Positions 48,397 through 57,635 of a stretch of DNA of 64,000 bases are shown piece by piece; positions within the stretch are counted from its first letter, which is position 1, and every line of letters begins with the position of its first letter. The stretch covers positions 10,771-74,770 of the forward strand of contig JANOQV010000240.1 of assembly GCA_031414955.1 (NCBI GenBank), written 5' to 3'. The translations under genes were made by a program, and so were the position numbers. The DNA is from Pedosphaera sp. (GTDB lineage: Bacteria > Verrucomicrobiota > Verrucomicrobiia > Limisphaerales > SIBH01). The notes beneath the pieces were generated by a model, which saw only the letters and a program-made list of their open reading frames with translations, did not search any database and had not been told where the DNA came from.

Positions 48397-50244
48397 TCAG
48401 TCGAGGGAAAAGCTGCCCAGATATTTTTCGCGCTCGGCGGCGCTTTGGGGCGGCTGCTCGGTCTTGTAGAGCAGGCAGTTCTCGAGCACGAGCACGTCCA
48501 TGTCCGAGGCCAGGAAGCAGCGATAGGCGTCCTGCGGCGTGCAGACAATCGGCTCGCCGCGGATGTTGAAGCTGGTGTTGATGATCACGCCGCAGCCGGT
48601 CTGTCGCTTGAACTCGCGAATCAGCCGGTAGTAGCGCCCGTTGCGTTTCTCATCCACGGACTGCACGCGCGCGGACATATCGACGTGCGTGATGGCGGGC
48701 AGCTCCGAGCGCTTCACATTGACGCGCTTGCGCAGATCGGGATCGCGCATGGCGGCCTGCTGTTCGGCGGTGAGCGCGCAAAGCTTCTCCTTTCGCACCG
48801 GGGCCACGAGCAGCATGTAAGGCGACTCGCGATCCAACTCGAAGTTCTCCGCCACGTCTTCGGCCAGCACGCTGGGGGCGAAGGGACGAAAGCTTTCGCG
48901 GAACTTGATGCGCAGGTTCATCTGCGACTGCATCTTCTCGCTGCGTGAATCCCCGATGATGCTGCGCGCCCCGAGAGCGCGCGGTCCGAACTCCATGCGG
49001 TCCTGGAACCAGCCCACGACCTTCTCCTCGCGCATGGCCTCGACGGTCCGGCGCAGCAACTCTTCCTCGTTCGCGTGGAAGTGGTACTTCACTTTCTGCG
49101 CATCGAGGAACTGGCGGATCTCTTCGTTCGAGAACTTTGGCCCGAGCAGCGAGGCCCGCATCAACGAGTCCGAGCCATTGGGCTTCCGCTCATTTTCCAG
49201 CAAATGAAAGTGGACAAACATGGCCGCACCCAAAGCGCCGCCAGCGTCGCCGGCCGGGGGCGGAATCCAGATGTCCTCGAAAATCTTCTCGCGCAGAAGG
49301 ACGCCATTGGCCACGCAGTTCAGGGCCACACCGCCGGCCAGGCACAGGTATTTGGAGCCAGTAAGTTTCTTGGCCGTGCGCGCCATGCGGAGCACGGCTT
49401 CCTCGGTCACTTTCTGGATCGACGCCGCCAGATCCATCTCACGTTGCGTGATGTTCGATTCGGCGCCGCGCGGTGGGCCGCCGAAGAGCTGGTCGAACTC
49501 GGGACTGGTCATGGTCAGACCCTGGCAGTAGTTGAAATACCGCATGTCCATGGCCATGGAGCCGTCGGGCTTCAGGTCGATGAGATGGTTCAGAATCAGA
49601 TCGACATACTTCGGCTCGCCGTAGGGCGCGAGCCCCATGAGTTTGTATTCCCCTGAGTTGACACGGAAGCCGGTGAAGTAGGTGAAGGCGGAATAGAGCA
49701 GCCCCAGCGAATGTGGGAAGCTCATCGTCTTGAGCATCTGGAGCTTATTGCCCTGGCCGTGCCCGATGCTGGCCGTGTCCCACTCGCCCACGCCGTCCAG
49801 GGTGAGGACGGCCGCGTCGTCGAAGGGCGAGGGAAAGAAGGCGCTGGCCGCGTGCGACTCGTGGTGGCCGGTGAAGACGATGCGCTTCTTGTAGCGTCCG
49901 CCGAGAGATTTCCGGATCTCCTTGGGCAGATGCAGCTTGGTCTTCAGCCACAAGGGCATGGCCATGAGGAACGACGGCAGGCCTTGCGGCGCGAAGGCGA
50001 GGTAGGTTTCCAGCAACCGCTCGAACTTGAGCAACGGCTTGTCGTAGAAAACCACGTAATCCAAATCCTCGGGCTGGAGGCCCGCCTCGCGCAGACAGTA
50101 ATCAACCGCGTGCTTGGGAAAATTGTGATCGTGCTTCTTACGAGTGAACCGCTCTTCCTGCGCCGCCGCCACGAGCCGGCCCTCCACCATCAACGCCGCC
50201 GCGCTGTCGTGGTAGTAAGCAGAAACACCCAGGATTTTGGACAC
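48397..50244 (-). CDS. O-carbamoyltransferase (NodU/CmcH/TobZ/SxtI family)
   Basis: ILGVSAYYHDSAA, QEERFTRKKH, HHESHAASAF, DGVGE, GEYKLMGLAPYG, GGVALNC, EFGPRALGARS, FRPFAP, NTSFN. Confidence 0.96.
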   Translation of the reverse strand: MSKILGVSAYYHDSAAALMVEGRLVAAAQEERFTRKKHDHNFPKHAVDYCLREAGLQPEDLDYVVFYDKPLLKFERLLETYLAFAPQGLPSFLMAMPLWLKTKLHLPKEIRKSLGGRYKKRIVFTGHHESHAASAFFPSPFDDAAVLTLDGVGEWDTASIGHGQGNKLQMLKTMSFPHSLGLLYSAFTYFTGFRVNSGEYKLMGLAPYGEPKYVDLILNHLIDLKPDGSMAMDMRYFNYCQGLTMTSPEFDQLFGGPPRGAESNITQREMDLAASIQKVTEEAVLRMARTAKKLTGSKYLCLAGGVALNCVANGVLLREKIFEDIWIPPPAGDAGGALGAAMFVHFHLLENERKPNGSDSLMRASLLGPKFSNEEIRQFLDAQKVKYHFHANEEELLRRTVEAMREEKVVGWFQDRMEFGPRALGARSIIGDSRSEKMQSQMNLRIKFRESFRPFAPSVLAEDVAENFELDRESPYMLLVAPVRKEKLCALTAEQQAAMRDPDLRKRVNVKRSELPAITHVDMSARVQSVDEKRNGRYYRLIREFKRQTGCGVIINTSFNIRGEPIVCTPQDAYRCFLASDMDVLVLENCLLYKTEQPPQSAAEREKYLGSFSLD

Positions 50245-50271
50245 GCGGAAAACGTAGGGTGAAATTCAGCC

Positions 50272-51618
50272 TCAAGGCAACTGTACGCTCGCGCGAGGCG
50301 GAGGGTAAAAGGCGCCCGCGATGGCTTCCGCGGCCAGGCGATGCCCCGCTTCCGAGAAATGGCCGGAACCATTCGAGAGGTAAAGCGTGCGAATCTGTTC
50401 GGTCGTCAACTGCCGCCGCTTCATTTCATCGCCCAGGGCCAGGAGCGGCAGGCGACGGCGACTGGCCCACAAAGCGAGTTGCCTTTCGGGAGCAAGAAAG
50501 TCGTATGCGCCCAACTGTCCGTTCCAGTTCGTGCCCTTGGTCGCGTAAAAGTCCTGGGGGAAAAAGGGCACCGTGACCAGGCGAAGGCTGATGGCGTTGC
50601 TTTCGGCGAAGTGCGCGGCCCGGTCCAGCAAGGCTTCCATGATTTCCAAGCCTTCGCGCGCCGCCGGAGAAGGCTGCCGGGCGAACGGCTCGGCTTTCAA
50701 CCCCAGCCGTGATGTTTGGGCTTCAAACCCGGCGTGGTGCGTGAGGTCCGCCGCCAGTTTTCTGCGCAAGGCCAGGGTGTTGCGGACGCTGATCGGCACC
50801 TGGGCCAGCAGGCAATGGCTCACCGCCAGGCGGGGCAGGAACAACCCGGACGGCCGGTGCGAAAAGTCGATCGTCTGCGCATATCGGAACCGGCTCGCTT
50901 CTCCGGTCGCGTCCAGTTGCAATTCGCCCGCCGCGCCGGGCGTGTAGTAAATGAACGAGGCGGGATCGTGGAACTGCAGGCGCGGCGAGCAGTCCGTGAT
51001 GTCATTCCCCAGATACAGAACCAGGATGGCCTCCTGCACGGCGAAACGGCGGTGCGCGTATCGAAGCACTTCCAAATAATGAGCGGGGCCGGTGCCATGG
51101 TTGCCCAGTCCCAGCACGGTCCGGGAAACCTCCTGCGCGCCCAGCTTCCCGCCCAGCATGGCCGCCAGGTTGCGCGTGCGATGCACCTCGACCGCCTCGA
51201 CAAAACTATCCCCAATCACCGCCGTGCGGTTGGTGCGGCTGAGATCGAACTCGGGAAAGTACCAGCCCTGGCGATTGCGAATGGAATTACCCAGACCCTC
51301 AGCGGTCCAATAGACCCGACCCCAAGGCAGGCGCTCCTTGGTGTTCACGGCGGGCAGGATTCCCAGCCAGGCGCTGGCCTGGAGCAACACCTCCACCAGT
51401 CCGCAGCCACACACCACCACAAACAGCTTTACCAGGGTGGCGGGCCGGCCCCACCCGCCGACCGCTGCCGCCGCCAAGCCGGCGGCGATAAAGGCCCAGA
51501 AGCTTTTTCCCTCCCAGGCCCGGAGCCCCAGCGCGTGCAACTCCAGCGCCAGCACCGCGCCGAGGAGCGCGAACCCCAGCCCCATGGTCCAAAAGAATCG
51601 GCGAATAAATCGTTCCAT
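50272..51618 (-). CDS. Membrane-anchored SGNH/GDSL protein (AlgJ/DltD-like fold)
   Basis: N-terminal TM helices; GDSF block I, G block II, GND block III, SGHFSEAGH block V. Confidence 0.85.
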   Translation of the reverse strand: MERFIRRFFWTMGLGFALLGAVLALELHALGLRAWEGKSFWAFIAAGLAAAAVGGWGRPATLVKLFVVVCGCGLVEVLLQASAWLGILPAVNTKERLPWGRVYWTAEGLGNSIRNRQGWYFPEFDLSRTNRTAVIGDSFVEAVEVHRTRNLAAMLGGKLGAQEVSRTVLGLGNHGTGPAHYLEVLRYAHRRFAVQEAILVLYLGNDITDCSPRLQFHDPASFIYYTPGAAGELQLDATGEASRFRYAQTIDFSHRPSGLFLPRLAVSHCLLAQVPISVRNTLALRRKLAADLTHHAGFEAQTSRLGLKAEPFARQPSPAAREGLEIMEALLDRAAHFAESNAISLRLVTVPFFPQDFYATKGTNWNGQLGAYDFLAPERQLALWASRRRLPLLALGDEMKRRQLTTEQIRTLYLSNGSGHFSEAGHRLAAEAIAGAFYPPPRASVQLP

Positions 51619-51788
51619 GCCTGTGTGATGGCGAACCGTAGGGGGCGGGGCGAACCCAGCCAAGCGCGAACCCAATCATGGCCGTGGCGCTCGTTCCATC
51701 CAGGCCCAGTTCCGCGCCGACGCAAGGCGGCTCCAGCGTGGGCCAATCGTCTTAACGTCGAACCTCAGCTCGGCCCGTGGCCTGGCTC

Positions 51789-51895
51789 CGGCGCGCGAGT
51801 TTTCCACCCGCCGCGCGTGGCCGGGGCGGAAGTCGCCGGAACTATTTCGATCCTCGGCCTAAGCGGCTTGCGGCGGGTGGAAAACCCGCGCGCCG
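51789..51895. repeat. REPIN-like inverted repeat (26-bp arms, 1 mismatch)
   Basis: cggcgcgcgagttttccacccgccgc ... gcggcgggtggaaaacccgcgcgccg. Confidence 0.8.
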
Positions 51896-51961
51896 ATGAG
51901 GGATGCGGCCCGCCCTTCCCGCCTCGGAATTCGCGCTTGATGCACATGGCTGAAAATCAGG

Positions 51962-52077
51962 CGGACGGACTGCGCCCGTCTCGGGCGCAGAAACTTGAAA
52001 AGGTCGAAGGCGCTGGAAAAATCCACGCCGGCCGCGGTTCGTGCGTCGCTGCGCCCGAGACGGGCGCACTCCGTCCG
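51962..52077. repeat. REPIN-like inverted repeat (29-bp arms, 1 mismatch)
   Basis: cggacggactgcgcccgtctcgggcgcag ... ctgcgcccgagacgggcgcactccgtccg. Confidence 0.85.
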
Positions 52078-52225
52078 GATCTGGTGCCACCGGATTCTGG
52101 AATTTCAGACCGGCTCTTACCCGGAACGAGGCAATAGCAAAGACCCTGGGTCTCGCGAAGGAGGCGAAGGGCGCGAAGGAGGGGCGGTCCTGGCGTCCGA
52201 GGATTTGAGAGTTGGACGGGGGAAC

Positions 52226-53362
52226 TCATTTGGAGTTTGGATTTTGGGATTTGATGTTGCGCCGCTTCCACTCCGGATATTCTTTCTCCAGCAAAACCTG
52301 CGGCCAGTAACTGAGCCACGTGTAGCCCGTGCGGCGCTCCCGCTCGATCTCGGCCAGCGAATACTTTTTCACGCCGTCGCGCCCGGAGAAGATCGGCCGG
52401 CCGGTTTCAATCTCGTAGAAGCGCGCCCACATCGCCGGGGCGGCGGCATCCTTCTCGACCACCTTGTCCTTGGCCCCATTCGCATCCTTTTTCTCCATGA
52501 CTTTGATGCCGGGAATCTTGGCTGACTCGAACCAAGCCATCGCCGCCTCGACGGAGCGGACGATCTCCGGCTTGGGATGCTCAATGCTCAGCAGCAGGCG
52601 CGTCAGGCCCACCGACTCGGAACCGCTCAGGGAGGCCAGTTCGAAGGTGCGCGCCGGGCGTGGGCTTAAATCCACCTCATCATGTTGCGCACACCAGGCG
52701 GTGAGCTTGCCGTTCACGTTGACCTGGCATTTGAGAATGCAATCCACGCCCCGATCGAAGGCGAGCTGCGCGGCGGAGCGCTGGCCGGCTTCGACAAATC
52801 CGAAGCGTTGGTCCGTGGCCACTTCGCGCAGGAAAATCATCAGCCGCGCCATCGAGTTATCGTTGAACGTGATGTGCCGGTGATACTTGCTCACGGGCGG
52901 AGGTGAGTACTGCGGCCAGCCGCCGTTGGGATATTGCGCCTGGAGAATATGAGCCAGACCGCGCGCAAAAGCCTTCGAGGCGGCACGCGCCGGTCCGGGC
53001 GCCGACGCTCCGATAAGGCGCGCGCAGAAACGCAGTTCATCGGTCGTCGCGCTGTTGTCGAAGGTGCCCTGTAGCCGGGCGCGCTCGCCGGAATACGGCC
53101 TGGTGGTATCAGTGTTCTTGGGCCAGCCGCCTTCGGGTGCCTGCCAGGACAGAATATTCTCCGCGACGCGCGCGGCTTCGTCGGACTGGAACCAAGCTTC
53201 AGACTGGCCCAGATGGTCACGCACGGCGGCGGCGGCGGAATTAAAACATCCAGATCCCAACGCCAGGCTCCAGACAAGCACCCGGCACCCAGCGCGAAAT
53301 CCCGGAGTGAAGAGCCGTCTTAACCTGCCTTGAGAGGATGCCATTAGACTTGGATCAGTCAT
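52226..53362 (-). CDS. Pectate lyase, PL10 (PelA/Pel-15E) family
   Basis: GGWPKN, TFDNSAT, AQYPNGGWPQ, ITFNDN, WCAQH, PARTFE, WARFYE, IERERRTGY; start uncertain. Confidence 0.92.
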   Translation of the reverse strand: MTDPSLMASSQGRLRRLFTPGFRAGCRVLVWSLALGSGCFNSAAAAVRDHLGQSEAWFQSDEAARVAENILSWQAPEGGWPKNTDTTRPYSGERARLQGTFDNSATTDELRFCARLIGASAPGPARAASKAFARGLAHILQAQYPNGGWPQYSPPPVSKYHRHITFNDNSMARLMIFLREVATDQRFGFVEAGQRSAAQLAFDRGVDCILKCQVNVNGKLTAWCAQHDEVDLSPRPARTFELASLSGSESVGLTRLLLSIEHPKPEIVRSVEAAMAWFESAKIPGIKVMEKKDANGAKDKVVEKDAAAPAMWARFYEIETGRPIFSGRDGVKKYSLAEIERERRTGYTWLSYWPQVLLEKEYPEWKRRNIKSQNPNSK

Positions 53363-53568
53363 AAGGAAGTGAACCCTGACCTTCGTTCTCCGGAATTTGG
53401 TTCATGCCGCCGAGTGGTGATCCGTGAGGAAGTGGTCCAACTCACCGCCCAGTTGCTCCACGGTGCCCAGGCCACCCGCCGTGGCTGACCGAATTTCGAC
53501 TCGTTCTGCGATGATTTCGACATGGCATTCGGTGGCTGATTTCTATGTTGCTGGTGGTGAAAGCCAGC

Positions 53569-54363
53569 TCAAACCGCAATCGGCGCCTTGATTCCGGGAT
53601 GCGGGTCATAGCCTTCGAGGGCGAAGTCCTCAAACTGGAAGTCGTGGATGTTCTTCACGGCGGAATTCAGCCGCAGGACTGGCAGCGGGCGCGGCTCGCG
53701 GGTGAGTTGCAGTTTCGCCTGTTCGAGATGATTCGAGTAGAGGTGCAGGTCGCCGAAGGTGTGGACAAAGGTGCCGGGTTTGAGTCCGGTAACTTGCGCG
53801 ACCATGAGCGTGAGCAGGGCGTAGCTGGCGAGGTTGAAGGGCACGCCGAGGAACAGGTCTGCGCTGCGCTGGTAAAGCTGGCAGCTCAACTCGCCGTCCT
53901 GCACGAAGAACTGAAACATCGTGTGGCAGGGCGGCAGCGCCATCTGCTCGATCTCGCCCACGTTCCACGCACTCACCATCAGGCGACGGCTGTCGGGGTT
54001 CTTCTGAATCTGCTCGATGACTTGATCAATCTGGTTGATCGAACGGCCGTCGGCGGTCCGCCAGTCGCACCATTGCGCGCCATAGACGCGGCCGAGGTCG
54101 CCCTGCGCGTCGGCCCACTCATTCCAGATGGTCACGCCGTTTTCGTTGAGCCACTTGATGTTGGTGTCGCCGCGCAGGAACCAGAGCAACTCGTAGATGA
54201 TGGACTTGAGGTGGAGCTTCTTGGTGGTGAGGAGCGGAAAACCGTCGGCGAGCGGAAAGCGCGCCTGCGCGCCGAACACGGAGTGCGTGCCGGTGCCGGT
54301 GCGGTCGGCCTTGAAGCGGCCCTGCTCCAGAACAAGCCGCAGCAATTGCTGATACTGAATCAT
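53569..54363 (-). CDS. thyA: Thymidylate synthase
   Basis: [53 protein letters not shown]. Confidence 0.98.
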   Translation of the reverse strand: MIQYQQLLRLVLEQGRFKADRTGTGTHSVFGAQARFPLADGFPLLTTKKLHLKSIIYELLWFLRGDTNIKWLNENGVTIWNEWADAQGDLGRVYGAQWCDWRTADGRSINQIDQVIEQIQKNPDSRRLMVSAWNVGEIEQMALPPCHTMFQFFVQDGELSCQLYQRSADLFLGVPFNLASYALLTLMVAQVTGLKPGTFVHTFGDLHLYSNHLEQAKLQLTREPRPLPVLRLNSAVKNIHDFQFEDFALEGYDPHPGIKAPIAV

Positions 54364-54600
54364 AGTTTCGCGGGCGCGGAACGATGCAACGAATGCCCGA
54401 CTGCGCCAAGGAAAAGCTCCGAAAGACGGCGCGGCTTGTCGGCGCAAACGATCAGACTCGAAAACTGGACCAGCACGCCCGCGACAGGGCGAGCCGGCCG
54501 ACCAGAAGTCCAAACCTCGGGTCAATTTGGCCTGCTCCGTAGCAGCGCGCGACGGCAAGTTCTTCGTTGAATCTCCAGCAAGCGCTGTTACGACTTTCGC

Positions 54601-55056
54601 GTGAAATATCTGGCTTGGTGCATGGCGGCGGGGCTGGTTCTCTGCGGCTGTTCCGCCTTTGATTACGAGTGGCGGCAGGCGGCACGGCAGAGGGTTCCGA
54701 CGGAGGGCATCACCGGGCGCTGGGAAGGACGATGGATCAGCCAGGCCAACGGTCATAACGATGGGTTGCGGGCGCTCATCACCGCCGTGGACTCGAACCA
54801 CTACGACGTGAAGTTTCACGCCGCCTACAAACAGTGGGTTACCGTTTACTTCGGCTACACGGTGCGAATGGAAGCCAAGCCGGGCGCGGATGGCAGCGTG
54901 CTCTTTCGTGGCTCGGAAGATTTGGGTGCGCTCGCCGGCGGTGTTTACAGCTACGAAGGGCAAGCAGATCGGACGAATTTTTTCTCCACGTACAAATCGA
55001 AATACGACCACGGCACTTTCGAGATGCAGCGGCCAGCGGGGGAAAGTAAACAGTAA
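54601..55056 (+). CDS. Hypothetical lipoprotein
   Basis: Lipobox LCGC after a short signal; beta-strand-rich GRWEGRW...DHGTFEM. Confidence 0.75.
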   Translation: MKYLAWCMAAGLVLCGCSAFDYEWRQAARQRVPTEGITGRWEGRWISQANGHNDGLRALITAVDSNHYDVKFHAAYKQWVTVYFGYTVRMEAKPGADGSVLFRGSEDLGALAGGVYSYEGQADRTNFFSTYKSKYDHGTFEMQRPAGESKQ

Positions 55057-55129
55057 TCAGTGGGGCAGTGATCCTGCGGACTGTCGGGTGCCGCTGACGG
55101 ATCACTGATTCACTGATTACTGATTTACT
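55045..55129. repeat. Inverted heptamer-type array (ACTGATT family)
   Basis: cagtaatcagtg (55051-55062) pairs with cactgattactg (55111-55122), inside short tandem tcactga/ttactga units. Confidence 0.7.
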
Positions 55130-55158
55130 CCCCGCTCCCCAGTCGTTAGCCTCGCGCC

Positions 55159-55563
55159 ATGTCTGAAATAGCTGATTTCCTGAATCACGGTGCCGCCTAC
55201 ATCACGCCGTCCGTGGTGGACAAGGTTCTGCGGGAGCTGCCGCTCTGGAAAGTTGAATTCACCCAGATCAATGCCCCGAAATTTCCACACCTGGTCGATC
55301 AGCTGGAATTCCTGGCGGACGTGGTCGAGGACGTGGCGGAGGGTGCCTACAAGGAACTGCCCTACGTGGCGTTCTCCCGCGCCGTCTTCGCCGTCATGTA
55401 CGCGCACAAAAAGGTGAACATCATCCCCGACATGATTGGCGGCTTCGGCCGCGCGGATGATTCGAGCATTGTGCGCGCCGTGCTGATCCAGAACGAGCTG
55501 GCCTTCGCCCGATACGCCGGTTCCCAGGGGGTGGACTGGAAGCAAATCACCAGCAAGCCATAG
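55159..55563 (+). CDS. YkvA/DUF1232-like protein
   Basis: FAVMY...NIIPDMIGGFGRADD motif. Confidence 0.8.
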   Translation: MSEIADFLNHGAAYITPSVVDKVLRELPLWKVEFTQINAPKFPHLVDQLEFLADVVEDVAEGAYKELPYVAFSRAVFAVMYAHKKVNIIPDMIGGFGRADDSSIVRAVLIQNELAFARYAGSQGVDWKQITSKP

Positions 55564-55628
55564 CCGCCGGGGCCACGACCGAGGGTGGGAACGCGGGGGT
55601 GGTCAGGACCGCTACGCGACCTTCACCG

Positions 55629-55940
55629 CCGGCCTACAAGCACAACTTCAGTTTCGCCGGCGACGGCGCGCGCGCCGACATCCACCAGGGCGTGCTGGAT
55701 TTTTATCTCGTCTGGAAGTTCGACCGGAGCCGGCAGTGGTTCACGCTCGATCCGACTTTTCTGCTCGATTACGAGAATCACCGCTACGACGCCGCCACCG
55801 TGCGCCTGACCTACGGGCGGGTGCTGGGCAAGGTCGGCGAGGCCGTCCTGAGCGGCTTCATCAAGCCTGGCGTCGGCATTGGGCGCGACCGGCCGAACGA
55901 CTGGAGCCTTGAGGCCGGCGTGACGCTCATTGGATTTTGA
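55629..55940 (+). pseudogene. 3' fragment of an outer-membrane beta-barrel/transporter-like gene
   Basis: Alternating beta-strands ending DWSLEAGVTLIGF*; no signal peptide or N-terminal part upstream. Confidence 0.55.
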
Positions 55941-55983
55941 TGGCTCCGATCTCCACTGCCAACGCTGCGGGCGGTGACGATTT

Positions 55984-56093
55984 TGGACTGCGGTGGCAAG
56001 CGAAGCGCGACACCGCTTTGGGAGGACGCGGAGCGTCGGGGCTGTCGAGCGCGCGCGACAGCGGCGTGGCGCCGTGCTTCCCGCCGCAGTCCA
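55984..56093. repeat. REPIN-like inverted repeat with compensatory changes
   Basis: tggactgcggtggcaagcgaagcgcgacaccgc ... gcggcgtggcgccgtgcttcccgccgcagtcca. Confidence 0.75.
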
Positions 56094-56200
56094 TGACGTC
56101 GTGGATTCTCCGGCAAGGTTGGGCGTGGCGAACGTGGTGCCAAGCGTGGGGCTGATGCTTTTGTTTGACCGCCAAACACCAAACCCAAAAGCTCGCGCCC

Positions 56201-57598
56201 ATGCACCTGAAGACCATTCTCACCACCGCCATTGCCGCGCTGCTCGGTGCGCCCGCTTTTGCCCAGAACACGCCGGACTCCGTCACGCTGTTCAACCACG
56301 TCCGCATCTTCGATGGTAAATCCGCCGCGCTTTCCGCGCCCGCCAACGTGCTCGTGCGCGGCGACAAGATTGAAAAAATCTCCGCGCAACCCATCGCCAC
56401 CGACCGGCGCGGCGACACGAAGATCATTGATGGCATGGGCAAGACACTGATGCCGGGGCTGATTGACAATCACGTCCACCTGTTCATGGCCGGCAGTTCC
56501 GAGAAGGAGATGATGGACCCCAAGGCGACCGTCGAGGGACTCGAAGCGGTGGCGGCCGAACAGGCGCGGCTCATGTTGCTGCGCGGCTTCACCTCGGCGC
56601 GCGATGTGGGCGGGCCGGTGTTCGGCGTGAAGCGGGCGATTGATTCCGGCAAGAACATCGGCCCGCGCATTTATCCGAGCGGTGCGATGATCTCGCAGAC
56701 TTCCGGCCACGGTGACTTTCGGATGCCCAAGGATCGTTCGCGGCGGTTCGGCGGCCAGGTGACGGCGGGTGAACTGATGGGCATCGGCTTCATCGCCGAC
56801 GGCCGCGACGAAGTGCTGACCGCCACGCGTGAAAATCTCCGCGCGGGCGCGACGCAGATCAAAGTCATGGCCGGCGGCGGCGCGGCCTCGGTTTATGACC
56901 CGCTCGACGTGGCGCAATACACGCTGGACGAACTCAAGGCTGCCGTTGAAGCAGCGGACGACTGGGGAACGTATGTCACCGTTCACGCCTACACGCCCAA
57001 GGCCGTGCGCCGCGCGGTGGAAGCGGGCGTGAAGTGCATCGAGCACGGGCAACTGCTCGACGAGCCGACGATGAAGCTGCTGGGCAAGAAAGGAATCTTC
57101 CTGAGCCTGCAAGCCCTCGACGAAGCACCGCCCACGCAGACCGAGGCAGTGAAAGCCAAGAAACATCAGGTCGTGCAGGGCACGGACAACGCCTTCAAAT
57201 GGGCGAGGAAGCACAAGGTCAAACTCGGCTGGGGCACGGACCTGATGTTCTTCCCCGCGCAGATGAAAAACCAGAACAGCGACATTCTCAAACTGACTGC
57301 GTGGCTCACGCCCGCCGAGACGCTCAAGTTGGTCACGCACGACAACGCGCAACTGCTCGCGCTCTCCGGCCCGCGCAATCCCTATCCCGGAAAGCTGGGC
57401 GTCGTTGAGGAGGGCGCGCTCGCAGACCTGTTGCTTGTGGACGGCGATCCTGTCGCGAATCTCAATCTCGTCGCCGATCCGGAGAAGAACTTCCTCGTCA
57501 TCATGAAAGACGGGAAGGTGTTCAAGAACACGGTGAAGCAGGCGTCTCAGGGCGCTGAATCCCATGAAAGCCAAGGGCGCGCCACGATGATTCGGTGA
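56201..57598 (+). CDS. Exported metal-dependent amidohydrolase (Xaa-Pro dipeptidase-like)
   Basis: Signal peptide; MPGLIDNHVH, GFTSARDVGG, IKVMAGGG, VHAY, IEHG, WGTD, ADLLLVDGDP. Confidence 0.92.
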   Translation: MHLKTILTTAIAALLGAPAFAQNTPDSVTLFNHVRIFDGKSAALSAPANVLVRGDKIEKISAQPIATDRRGDTKIIDGMGKTLMPGLIDNHVHLFMAGSSEKEMMDPKATVEGLEAVAAEQARLMLLRGFTSARDVGGPVFGVKRAIDSGKNIGPRIYPSGAMISQTSGHGDFRMPKDRSRRFGGQVTAGELMGIGFIADGRDEVLTATRENLRAGATQIKVMAGGGAASVYDPLDVAQYTLDELKAAVEAADDWGTYVTVHAYTPKAVRRAVEAGVKCIEHGQLLDEPTMKLLGKKGIFLSLQALDEAPPTQTEAVKAKKHQVVQGTDNAFKWARKHKVKLGWGTDLMFFPAQMKNQNSDILKLTAWLTPAETLKLVTHDNAQLLALSGPRNPYPGKLGVVEEGALADLLLVDGDPVANLNLVADPEKNFLVIMKDGKVFKNTVKQASQGAESHESQGRATMIR

Positions 57599-57599
57599 T

Positions 57600-57632
57600 T
57601 GAGTTTTCTAAAGTGGGACTTTAGGAATCTCA
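57600..57632. promoter_or_regulatory. Palindromic candidate operator upstream of the AAA ATPase
   Basis: tgagttttctaaagt-ggg-actttaggaatctca (13/15 complementary), ending 3 bp before the GTG start. Confidence 0.55.
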
Positions 57633-57635
57633 TTT

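Noticed and set aside
47742..51618. Saxitoxin biosynthesis cluster (sxtI/J/K/L homologues)
   Set aside because: No sxtA, sxtG or other core genes are present; the context is polysaccharide biosynthesis
54364..55011. N-terminal extension of thyA in the ORF track
   Set aside because: ThyA homology starts at 54363 and the extension overlaps a plus-strand lipoprotein gene
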